From Octopus bimaculoides (Eukaryota), in the NCBI RefSeq assembly GCF_001194135.2, contig NC_068990.1, forward strand, positions 5,591,593 through 5,646,217: 54,625 nucleotides of DNA, written 5' to 3'. Position 1 is the first letter of the stretch. Every line of letters starts with the position of its first letter. The position numbers and the translations under genes are program-made. This document shows, one piece after another, positions 11,801-22,870 of this stretch. The notes under the pieces were generated by a model that searched no databases, was not told the origin of the DNA, and saw only the letters and a list, made by a program, of their open reading frames with translations.

Positions 11801-12214
11801 TTTTATATTTTAACTTGGTCCACTCATTAGATTACGGCCATGCTGGGTACTACCTTGAAGAATTTTTAGCCAAATGAATCGACACCATTACTTTTAGTTT
11901 CAAGTCTGGAACTTATTCCATCAGTCACATTTGCCGAACTGCTAAGTTCCGGGGACGTAAACACTAAAACCGGTTGTCAAGCGGTGATGCGGAACAAGCA
12001 CAGCCACAAAGGCACACATACACAAACACACGCACGCACATATACATCTACGACGAGCTTCATCCCGTTTCCGTCTACCAAATCTACATACAAGGTTTTG
12101 TTTGGTTCGAGGCTATGGTTGAAGACACTTGCCCAAGGTGTTAGGCAGTGGGACCGAACCTGGAACCATGTGGTTAAAAAGCAAACTCCTTACCACACAA
12201 TCATCCCTATGCCT
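11801..12214 (-). mobile_element. SINE family B (tRNA head, CORE-like block, internal microsatellite)
   Basis: Minus strand: aggcatagg...gtgtggtaagg...ggttccaggttcggtccc...ttgggcaagtgtcttc. Homologous to the copies at 12418, 14720, 17743 and 50870. Confidence 0.85.
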
Positions 12215-12417
12215 ATCTACACTTTGAACTGATGTTTCAAGATAGAAATTCTGTTGGAGCAGGAAACACAGGTATCACACTGGAAAATCCCATTTGTTGG
12301 TATAGCCAAGAGCAGCATAAATAAAGAGACATTAAAGATGTGCGCTAAGTTATTTCTTTGTCTTTCTCTTTGGAATGTTTGTGTGTATGTATGTATGTAT
12401 GTATGTATGTATGTATT

Positions 12418-13227
12418 CTTTTACTATTTTACTTGTTTCAGTCATTTGACTGCAGCCATGCTGGAGCACCGCCTTTATTCAACAAATAGACCCCAGGACT
12501 TATTCTTTGGAAGCCTAGTACTTATTCTATCGGTCTCTTTTGCCGAACCGCTAAGTTACGGGGACGTAAACACACCACCATCGGTTGTCAAGCGATGTTG
12601 GAGAGACAAACAATGACACACAAACATATACCTATATATATATATATATATATATTCGACGGTCTTCTTTCAATTTTCGTCTACCAAATCNNNNNNNNNN
12701 NNNNNNNNNNNNNNNNNNNNNNNNNNNNNNNNNNNNNNNNNNNNNNNNNNNNNNNNNNNNNNNNNNNNNNNNNNNNNNNNNNNNNNNNNNNNNNNNNNNN
12801 NNNNNNNNNNNNNNNNNNNNNNNNNNNNNNNNNNNNNNNNNNNNNNNNNNNNNNNNNNNNNNNNNNNNNNNNNNNNNNNNNNNNNNNNNNNNNNNNNNNN
12901 NNNNNNNNNNNNNNNNNNNNNNNNNNNNNNNNNNNNNNNNNNNNNNNNNNNNNNNNNNNNNNNNNNNNNNNNNNNNNNNNNNNNNNNNNNNNNNNNNNNN
13001 NNNNNNNNNNNNNNNNNNNNNNNNNNNNNNNNNNNNNNNNNNNNNNNNNNNNNNNNNNNNNNNNNNNNNNNNNNNNNNNNNNNNNNNNNNNNNNNNNNNN
13101 NNNNNNNNNNNNNNNNNNNNNNNNNNNNNNNNNNNNNNNNNNNNNNNNNNNNNNNNNNNNNNNNNNNNNNNNNNNNNNNNNNNNNNNNNNNNNNNNNNNN
13201 NNNNNNNNNNNNNNNNNNNNNNNNNNN

Positions 13228-13264
<37 letters not shown>

Positions 13265-13419
13265 CGACAGGCGTCTGTCACTTTCCTTCTACCAAATCAA
13301 CTTTGGTCAGCCCGAGCCTATAGTAAAAGACACTTGCCCAAGGTCCCGCGCAGAGTAACTGAACCCAGAACCATATGGTTGGGAAGCAAGCTTGCTACCA
13401 CACAGCCACACCTGCGCCT
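12418..13419 (-). mobile_element. SINE family B, one or two copies split by an N-gap
   Basis: Tail and body at 12418-12690, head at 13262-13419. The gac...ctaccaaatc segment occurs on both sides of the gap, so this is either two copies or an assembly duplication. Confidence 0.8.
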
Positions 13420-14719
13420 ATATATGTGTGTGTGAGTATGTGTGCATGTATTTGTATGTGTTGCTCATTTGTATATACACATATATGTTTGCATGTATAC
13501 TGAAACATTTAATTCTCTTTTATTTTCCATTGTTTTGTATATATGTGTTCTTGAAAATATAATATATTATAATAATGCAGGAATAGTATATAACAGTATC
13601 GGAGAATACAAAACAAATGAATGTAACAATAAAAACGTGTTTAAATGTCAGATGTGAGTCTTTCACGATATAAATGTTCCAGCCTGAACACGCAATAACG
13701 GATCGAGTTACTTGTCAAACAAATACAATTCTCAGAGCATTTGTGGTAAACAAAACGAAATGAGAGATGGTCTACCGTCATTGCATGATGTATCTTTAGC
13801 ATTGCTACTCCTAGCAGTACTGTTTCAAAACAGTGCAATGTGTTTATCTGAGAAATATTTCATCTTAAAGACTCCACCTCTCCCCCGGGTGGTCTATATT
13901 GAGATATTTAACACCGCCTCTGATCTCTTGGCTGCTTTTTGTGAAGATCACTGTGTTACAACCGTTCGGGTTGAGAAGGAACAAACAGAGAAGGGGGAAA
14001 ACAAAATTGTATTACTGACGTCAATATTAATGGCTTATGACGATGATGATCATGATGACAGCGATGATGATGATGACGACGACGACGACGATGATGATTA
14101 TGATGGGCAGGGTGGATGGGGATACTGATGGTGGTGTACGCTTATGATAACAACAACGAAAACAAAGCAATAATAATTCTATTCGTTCAAAGCGGTGATG
14201 AATGAGACAAGAGTACAATACCGGTAATTAGATAGAAAACAGCCACCGTTTGAGCAGTTGTTTGCCATCCATTGTACAGTCAGTCACGCTCAGAAGCAAC
14301 ATAACTAGCTATGTCTATTTATGCGAGCGTTCTCAATGAAAGGGAAAATGTCATTTTTCATCTGCACGTTAGTTAGTTTGGCAGCCGTGATTGGTGGCGG
14401 AATGGTGTATGCAATGTCTTTACAGTTTGCTGAAAATTCAGTTAAAGTGTAGAAGCGGTTTACAGTTGTCTGTTTCTATTAGACTTTGCTTACACACACG
14501 CACTCTGTTGTTTGTAACTCAATTTCAGCATTCGTCGAACAGAATTAATCGTTTATTGTTAATTTTTACTACTTTCAGTTATCGGACTGTGGTTGTGCTG
14601 GGGCATCGCCTTAAAGGGTTTAGTCGAACATACTGACCCCAGTATTTATGTTTGGTGAGAGCTAATCTGGGACTAAACAACTGCGGTGAAAATTAATTTG
14701 AAAAGATAAGATCGAACCT

Positions 14720-15032
14720 AAGGTTCAAACATGAGCGTGTCCCGAAGAAGCTTGCTTTGCAGCCACTTAGTATCGGGTTCAACCCCACCGCGCTGTACAT
14801 TGGTGAAGTGTCTTTTATTATATTCTCGGGGTAACCAATACCTTGCGAATGAATTTGCCAGACGGAAACTGTGTGGAAGCCCATTGTGTATATATGTATA
14901 CATACATGTGTGTGTATGTATCTATGTACACGTTTACACACATATATATATATGTGCCTGTGTGAGTGTGTGGGTGTGCAGGTATATGTGTATGTATCGA
15001 TGTACACGTGTATGTATGTGTGTATGTATGTA

Positions 15033-15084
<52 letters not shown>

Positions 15085-15305
15085 AATTATGTGTGTACGC
15101 CTTTGTCTCCTTGTTTATTCTCCAACACTGCTTGAAATGGTGTTGGTTTGATTATGTTGCCACGACTTAGCGCTTATGCAAAAAGAGATAGAATGAATAC
15201 GAGACATAAAAAAAATGTGTAGTGAGGGCGATTTATTCGATTAAACCCGTCAAGGTGGTGCCCCATCTTGACCGCAACTGAATGACTAAAGCATGAAAAA
15301 AGCAA
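14720..15305 (+). mobile_element. SINE family B, diverged, with (TG)n expansion
   Basis: gggttcaacccc B box, gaagtgtcttttatta CORE-like block, gacggaaactgtgtggaagccc, and tail gaatgactaaagc. Confidence 0.75.
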
Positions 15306-16272
15306 AGCAGAAGTGTACATGTGCAATATACTACATAGTTAGTCGTCATCTTTAACCCTTCGCTGTTCCTCGATTTACTGGAAATAGAAGACATGAATAT
15401 AGACATTTACTAGAAAGAGTGGATAAGAATATGCAGATGCATTTTCAGTCTTGCGGAGGCCTGGACAACTTTCCTTCAGAAGATTGGTGTTTACCTATGC
15501 GTGCATGCAAATCGCCTCCTTCTTTAGTTCTTTCTTTCTTATTCTCTTTCCCCCTCTCTCTCCCTCTCTCTCTCTCTCTCCCTCTTTCTCTCTCTCTCTC
15601 TCCCTCTTTCTCTCTTTCTCTCTCTCTGCTAATTTTCTTCCAAAGTCGCCAATTTGAGCCCATGCACCACGGCGTTAATTTTGTCCTTTGTATCACGTGA
15701 CACACATAGTTCAACGTGTCTTTTTATGAAGACGCTATCGTGTTATTTAGTCCTTTGCTTTTCCTGATACACTGGACAGTGAAAGAGTTAAAGAACACGC
15801 TATAGTTTTGATAAAAAGACATGTTGTACAATGCAGTCTTAGATATGTGAATAGACAAATTGGCCAAGGCTAAAATGGATGTGTTTAATGGTCTATTCTA
15901 TCAGGAATGAGCTGCGACTATACAAAAGAAGGGACAGCTAAGTGTAATTTCTTTTCTTTGTTTTACAGCAATGGAAGCAAATCATTAAGAATCTGAAAAT
16001 AAATTCATCTGTGAATTATTTTAGCTCTTCGTGGAATAATTAAGATCAAGTAATGTCAAAAATTATACCAGTATTAGTTTAATACTAGCAACATTTTATA
16101 AAACCAAAGTTAAAAGCGCATGCGCTATATCATCCATCCACCCATTCATACATGAATACATCGATATATACATTCATAAACAAACATATCAGTTAATCCT
16201 TTTTTATAAAGTTATCTATAGATACACAGATATACAAAAATACAGCACCTCATCTCTAGCTGTTATCAATCC

Positions 16273-16335
<63 letters not shown>

Positions 16336-16568
16336 NNNNNNNNNNNNNNNNNNNNNNNNNNNNNNNNNNNNNNNNNNNNNNNNNNNNNNNNNNNNNNNNN
16401 NNNNNNNNNNNNNNNNNNNNNNNNNNNNNNNNNNNNNNNNNNNNNNNNNNNNNNNNNNNNNNNNNNNNNNNNNNNNNNNNNNNNNNNNNNNNNNNNNNNN
16501 NNNNNNNNNNNNNNNNNNNNNNNNNNNNNNNNNNNNNNNNNNNNNNNNNNNNNNNNNNNNNNNNNNNN

Positions 16569-16604
<36 letters not shown>

Positions 16605-17650
16605 CTATACATACATTCAACCTACATACAAGTAGGTGAGAAAGTTGAATACTAAGATTCGACTTCCAGCAACATCAACTACATCACTCTCAAGCCACCA
16701 CGTATTACCACTTTAAAGAAAAAAGGACATTGCACATTGTAGATCTGAATACACAAAAGACATTGGTTAGACATTTTTGGCTACATTTCTGTTGTTCAGC
16801 GATAACTTGTGGTGAAACAAGATACAACATTTAAGAGCTAGATTCGGGAAATCGAGAATAGAATATCAAGAAATCAAGAATACTAGATTGCATTTTGTGA
16901 TGTAATAAAGGTTTTATACGCAGCATAGCTTTTTCCCATGGTAGAATGTTAACGTATGTTTTCCTAGACATTGAAAAACATTAATCTGATTACTAGCTTG
17001 GTAGTATCAGTAAATTCTTTATTACATGTATTGTAATGTAATATATTGTTAAAGTAAGCAGATTCTTGAAAACCGAGTTTATCTAATACAAAATAAATCT
17101 AGCATATAACATTTAAAGCCAAATTCAAAACAACGATTTTAGCATTTAAAACACTTAAGTAGATATCAATGAAAGAAACAGGTTTTGGAAAACCATTTCT
17201 CACAAAGCAACAGTATACAAATTAAAAGAAATGAAATCCAAAGTGAAGGGCAATGACAACAATCCAATAAAGATAGCTTGGAAGCCTTAAGAAAGAAAAG
17301 GATATATAATACATTAAGTAGTAATTAATGTATACAATCCTTGAAGAAAGTGACGCAAAGGAAACACAAAACAATTCTGATATATTAGAACAGTGGGAAA
17401 TGTTTGAAAAGGAAAGAAGAACAGAACGAGTTCTCTACAGCCCCAAATAGAGAATAATGTATAACCAAAATAAAAATGCTAAGGAACCTTAAAAGTGATC
17501 AATATTTCTGTGAATTCTCCTTCAAATTCTATTTCATCGTCTTAAATAAGTAACAAGAAACACTAAACAGCGTCGTCCATATAAAAAGCTAGTCACAATC
17601 CTGCTCAATCTAGAAGGTTGACGATAAAAATAGCATATAGGAAAGATCTC

Positions 17651-17723
<73 letters not shown>

Positions 17724-17742
17724 TCACACATATACACTTTTA

Positions 17743-18120
17743 CCTTTTATATGTTTCAGGCAATAGACTGTGGCCATCCTGGGACACGACCTTGAAAAAT
17801 TTTAGTAGAGCGAATCGACCTGGTACTTATTTTATGCATTCCTTTTGCCGAACCGCTAAGTTATGGATACATAAACATACCGACATCATTTGTCAAGCGG
17901 TGGTAGAGGACAGACACAAAGACTCACGCGCGTGCACGCACATACACACGCACACATATATGACGGGCTTCTTTCAGTTTCCATCAACCAAATCCACTCA
18001 CAAGACTTTGGTAGGCCCGAAGCTATAGTAGAAGACACTTGCCCAAAGTGCCAGGCAGTAACACTGAACCCGGAACCATGTGGTTGGTAACCAATCTTCT
18101 CACCACACAGTCACGACTGC

Positions 18121-18121
<1 letters not shown>
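17743..18121 (-). mobile_element. SINE family B
   Basis: Collinear with 11801-12214 (gccgaaccgctaagtt, tgtcaagcgg, agaagacacttgccc, gaaccatgtggtt). Confidence 0.85.
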
Positions 18122-18167
<46 letters not shown>

Positions 18168-19073
18168 GAGAGAGACAGAGAGACAGAGACAGACAGACAG
18201 AGACAGAGACAGAAAGAGAGAGAGAAAGAGAGAAAGAGAAGGAGATAAGAGAGATAGATCTAGATATATATATATATATATATATAAATCAATTCTATAG
18301 TTGTTATTATCGTCGAGCCTCACTCACACTATCTCTCTCTCTTTCTCTCTTTCTCTCTTTCTCTCTCTCTCTCTCTCTCGCTCTCTCGACACACACATCA
18401 ATTAACTGCGAGAAAACAGGATAAGAAAAAAGTCATTCATGAGAATGCGAAATTAATATACAGAACTTAACAAAAACTATTCGGACTCGTGAAAATAAGC
18501 TGAAATACTAAATCAGTAAATCCTTTGAGGATCGGGTTAAAAACAAAACATAACAAACAAGATAAGACAAAAGAAGAATATCCAAAACAATAAATTGTAG
18601 CAAAATCTTCACAGACAGACGATTCGAAAAACAATTTAAGCAATGCATACGGGAAGGGCTTAGTCGATACCATGGAGCCTAGTACTTAAGAGTTACTTGT
18701 TTTATCGGTTCTGAAAGGATGAATGGTTAAATTGATCCAGGCGGGATTTAAAATCACGGAGCAGAAAGTTTATTAAATATAAATGAAAAGAATGAACCAA
18801 ATTAAAATACGTAAATAAGATAGTGTTATATTTCGGGATGGTCTATTTTAAAAAATCTTTGCCAAAAACACACACGCACTCTACATAAACGTAAATAAGA
18901 TAAGCAATATTCGTAGCCACTTCAACATGGCTGTCCGTTCGAACAGACTCTACTCGCTAGTTTGTTGACCGATACCCAAGAGGATATCTATTGTAGCTTG
19001 TTAACGATGCACAGCTGCATCCGATAAAATTGCGAGCAGGGGATCGAGCCCCTATCATCTCCTAGCGACGGGA

Positions 19074-19117
19074 CCAGTACATCAGTCCTGGTTTCGGCTA
19101 TGTCTGCCATTCCTCAG
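19074..19117 (-). ncRNA. Degenerate inverted copy of the 19366 hammerhead, probably inactive
   Basis: Minus strand: CUGAGGA-AU-GGC-AGACAUA-GCC-GAAA-CCAG-GA-CUGA-UG-UACUGG. The triplet is AUG instead of GUC, and the 5' strand of helix I is missing. Confidence 0.75.
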
Positions 19118-19365
19118 CTGTACATCGTTAACGAGCTAGAGGAGATGTCCTCTTGGGGTTAAAAAATCGCAGTAGAGTCCGCTCGAACGAACAACCATGT
19201 TAAAGTGGCTACGAATATTACTTGTCAGTACAACTACTGCGTTGATCTCTCAGAAAATTTAGAACTAGCATTTTTGCTTATTGAAAAATCAGCGTCTTTG
19301 TGTTCGCTTGAAATATAGATATTGCGTGCAGAGCGAGCTGCTATCATCACTAGCAGACGAGGTGT

Positions 19366-19416
19366 CCAGTACTGAGGAGTGGCAGAAATAGACCGAAACC
19401 AGAACTGGTCTACTGG
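19366..19416 (+). ncRNA. Type I hammerhead ribozyme, complete
   Basis: Helix I CCAGUA(19366-71)/UACUGG(19411-16). Core CUGAGGA (19372-78). Imperfect helix II GUGGC-AGAAAUA-GACC. GAAA (19395-98). Helix III ACCAG/CUGGU. GUC cleavage triplet at 19408-10. Confidence 0.85.
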
Positions 19417-19818
19417 TCCCGTCGCTAGGAGATGGTAGGGGTTCGCACCCCTGCTCACAATTTTATTAGATGCTGCTGGGCATCGTTAACCAGATAGAAA
19501 AGATGTCCTCTTGGGGGTTAAAAAATTCGCAGTAGAATCCGCTCGAATAGATAGCCATGTTAAAGTAGCTACGAATATTACTTGTCAGTACAAGTACTGC
19601 ATTGATATTTTAGAGAAATTTTAGAACTAGTAAATAAGATAGACTTCCTAAAATTACAAAACTGGAAATTTCCCAACTGAAGTATAGGAGTTAAGGAACT
19701 AGTATAGAGAGACACCATAGAGTTTTGAACAAATCAGGAAACCAGCACGTCAAGAATTCTGTACATAACAATGGCTGTCGATCATTGAAGTCATGAACAT
19801 ATAAGTAAGTCACGAAAA

Positions 19819-20032
19819 TATAAGGTGTTGAAAAGTTCTTGGCTTTAAGAGTATCGTGAAAGGCCAGGCTGGAGGCCAAACCTTCCTAATTCATTTACTG
19901 GGCTTAGAAAGACTGACGGACTGCTGCAACAAGTGTATGGATTTGAGAGGGGAATATGTTGGATAAAATCATAATTAACCGATACTCTATTTTCTTATAC
20001 CCAAAACCGGGAACATTTTAGCACTCCTCGTA
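19819..20032 (+). mobile_element. Internally deleted mariner derivative (MITE-like)
   Basis: Imperfect TIRs tataaggtgttgaaaagttcttggcttt and aaaaccgggaacattttagcactcctcgta. Internal remnant CNKCMDLRGEYVG* resembles the transposase C-terminus. Confidence 0.75.
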
Positions 20033-20699
20033 AATGTTATAGAAAATTAGAGAACACTAACTGGATCTCCCTGTAGAATACAAATCTTTTGGTAAAACAT
20101 TGTAGTAAGCGCATAAAAGCTTGTCATAAACATAAAAAGAATCTAATAAACCATCCAAATGGATTCCATGGACATTTTACGCATAGTCATACAATGTTGC
20201 TACTACATTCTGCCACGAAGAAGAACATTGCTCATTAGAGACCAATTAATATGTCTCATAAAATGCAACGAACTGTCCGTCATCTATGGGAAAGAGGATT
20301 CATACTGACTTAGTTAAAAATAAGCACAGTTGCTTTCCACAGGGCACAAAGTGCAGCATACAGTTATCTCAAATAACATTCAAATACTCATTTAATGCTC
20401 TCAAAATCCTGGTCAAGTGTCTTCTACTATAACCTTTGGTTGGGCAAGAGCGTGTGAGTGGAATATTGTAGATGGAAACATCACTGTATCCGGTTTGTTT
20501 AAATAAATGCATAAGTAACGAAATAAATAATAAATAGCACGCAGAAATATAAAAAATAATGAAGCACACGTACTTGTGTACTAACATAATACGCCAACAT
20601 ACGACAAATGCAAATTTATCCGGACGCACATTCATATGCGTGGCACATGCACACGTACATATATGCATACATGCTAGCCATAAGCCGTTGGGTGTCTCG

Positions 20700-22270
20700 A
20701 TTAAAGCAACCGATGGTACTTAGCTCTGAAAGGGGCTATTAGATTAGAGTTAATGAGATTAAGTAGAGAAATAATGTTAGAGAATTCTAGAGTACGGAGT
20801 AAGCTAATTAGAAAACTAGAATACTTGCTTAAGAAAGCAAATGCAACTAACGTGCTGGCAATAAAGTTGCCAACAACTGACAAAATACGGGAAGCGATGG
20901 CTGACTGTACAAGGGAGAAATAGCCGAAGCTGAATGCAAGATTTCTTTGATTATGCGAGACATTTGTTAGTCTATTGGCAGATGCCTGTTGCAACTGTTA
21001 GTAGAACAGAAGAATTCCCAATCTTACGGAAACAGGTACAGTAGTACTGCCGAGAAAAGATCCCAACATGGATGTGGTAGTTTAAACAACTTGAAATCCT
21101 TAACTCTGCTAAATGCAGTTGAGAAGATTGGCCAAGATATTAGCTATGTGAGTGGTGCTTGTCGTTGACACTTTGGTAGGTGAGGCACGACCATGTCCCA
21201 TACTAAAGCAGATCTATCCGCGACAAATTCCTCCTCACACGATACATTATAGAAAGGTTAGGTAAAGTATCTCTCTGGTATAGGTGGGACGCTGATTAAC
21301 GTAGATCAATCGAAAGCTTTTGATGGGGTCGACTATCAATAATTCGCAGCTGTCTTCGGGGCAGCTAGTTTCTGATCAAGATTTAAAAATCTGGATCGCT
21401 GCGAAGTACGGTGACACTTCCTCAGAAATCAAAGTAAATGTTCATTATCAGAACCACTCACAATCATGCGTTCAGTCCGTCAAAGCTACTCCTTATCTCA
21501 CTTTCTGTACATAGTAATCCTGGGGCCACTACTGCAGATGTTGAAGGTCTCGATGAGCATCCTGCGAAACTAGGATGCGGAAGATCCGTGTTTGCACATG
21601 CGTGCGACCTCGCCGTAATAGTGTCGAGCACCAAATACACGGAGGTGATCGGTATTACGCTAATCGGAATATGAGCCAGTGACAAGAGCAGAAATTAATT
21701 AGATGTTACATGCAGCTCCACACCTGGTGCGGCAGGTCCATGTCATTGAACAGCGTCATGGTGCCCTGGATGGATGGACCGGTAAATTCCTTGGCATTTC
21801 GTTCGGTCCAGATTGTTAGACAGGAACTGGAAAGAGGTGACGAGCAGGATGGCGTCTCTCACCCAGAAATAGGCCGCAACGTCGGGTGGAAATGGGGAAT
21901 GCATACATTGCATTCTTCATCTATTACTGACTGATCCCCGTGCTTTACCCCGGTTCATGGCTGATCAAAATGAAGTGCTACGTATCCCATTTTCTGTGAA
22001 GCGGACGCATTTCGCTGGTCAGACGGTCTATTTGCTGTTAACATCCGCTGGAGGACTGCGCATACAGTGTCTAATGATGCATGGAATGCGCTGAGGCTAC
22101 GACATCTCTAGCGTTTCCTTGACCGAAGAACAGGCAGTTTTCATCTGTCTGGAGGCTAATGCGAAATAAGTTGTAAACTAGACGCGTCTGAATTGAAGAC
22201 AGACGCTTTCCTTCGAGAGGAAAATGAGGACCGGGAGAAGATGAATGTAATAAGAATAGTCGGATTGAAT
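20700..22270 (+). mobile_element. Tx1/L1-like LINE ORF2 relic (reverse transcriptase region, deleted and frameshifted)
   Basis: Translated remnants: GTVVLPRKDPN, TLLNAVEKI, RSIRDK..LTRYIIE, GGTLINVDQSKAFDGVD, SVRQ, FAHACDLAVIV (degenerate YADD) and WMDGPV..L...FGPD. Confidence 0.85.
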
Positions 22271-22510
22271 TGACCTGTAGATTGAAAAATACAATGGAGA
22301 AACGAACAGATAATGCAATACAGTTATTAGGATGTCTCAAAATATATGGCGTTCATTCACGGCCTCTAGTACGGTGTTTCTGCCCTAGTTATAGTTCTCT
22401 TGACAATTATTATTGTTTTAGTTTGCACGTATTTATGCAAATGCCCACTGTCGTTTGCCTCCCTCCTGTTCTAAATGCTTTTTCTTACGCCTTTTGCCAC
22501 CAATATAGAA

Positions 22511-22587
<77 letters not shown>

Positions 22588-22737
22588 CACATGTAGTTTC
22601 CGCCGAGGTCGACTTTGCGTTTCATTACCTCAGAGTCTAATAAAGATAAAATAAGTACCAATTGGTTACTGGAGTCAATGTAATTGACTATCCCTCTCCT
22701 ACAAAATTTCAGGTCTTGTGACTATAGAAGAAAGGAT

Positions 22738-22790
<53 letters not shown>

Positions 22791-22791
22791 T

Positions 22792-22858
<67 letters not shown>

Positions 22859-22870
22859 TGTTGTTGTTGT
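22511..22870 (+). repeat. (TAT)n array, then a 5'-truncated SINE family A copy (22598-22740), then a compound (TAG)n/(CAG)n/(TTG)n array
   Basis: Read directly; SINE core ttccgccgaggtcgactttgcgtttc. Confidence 0.85.

Larger units (their letters stand above)
18906..19630. mobile_element. Retrozyme-like array: ~1.4 tandem monomers (~360 bp period) on plus, preceded by an inverted ~0.6 monomer
   Basis: Direct repeat 19117-19268 vs 19476-19630 (offset 358-362). Inverted repeat 18906-19117 vs 19372-19579. Contains HHR motifs. Flanked by gtaaataagata at 18891-18902 and 19630-19641. Confidence 0.75.

Noticed and set aside
14040-14105. Poly-Asp stretch in ORF 13712-14128
   Set aside because: It is a (GAT/GAC)n microsatellite, with no recognisable domain or splice support.
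16800-16890. CGETRYNI-like peptide reminiscent of GIY-YIG
   Set aside because: Too short and interrupted by stops to support.
18906-19630. Possible CRISPR-like or simple MITE interpretation of the repeat array
   Set aside because: There are no short regularly spaced repeats with unique spacers. The repeats are 100-210 bp, asymmetric and in partial tandem, with no matching terminal inverted ends.
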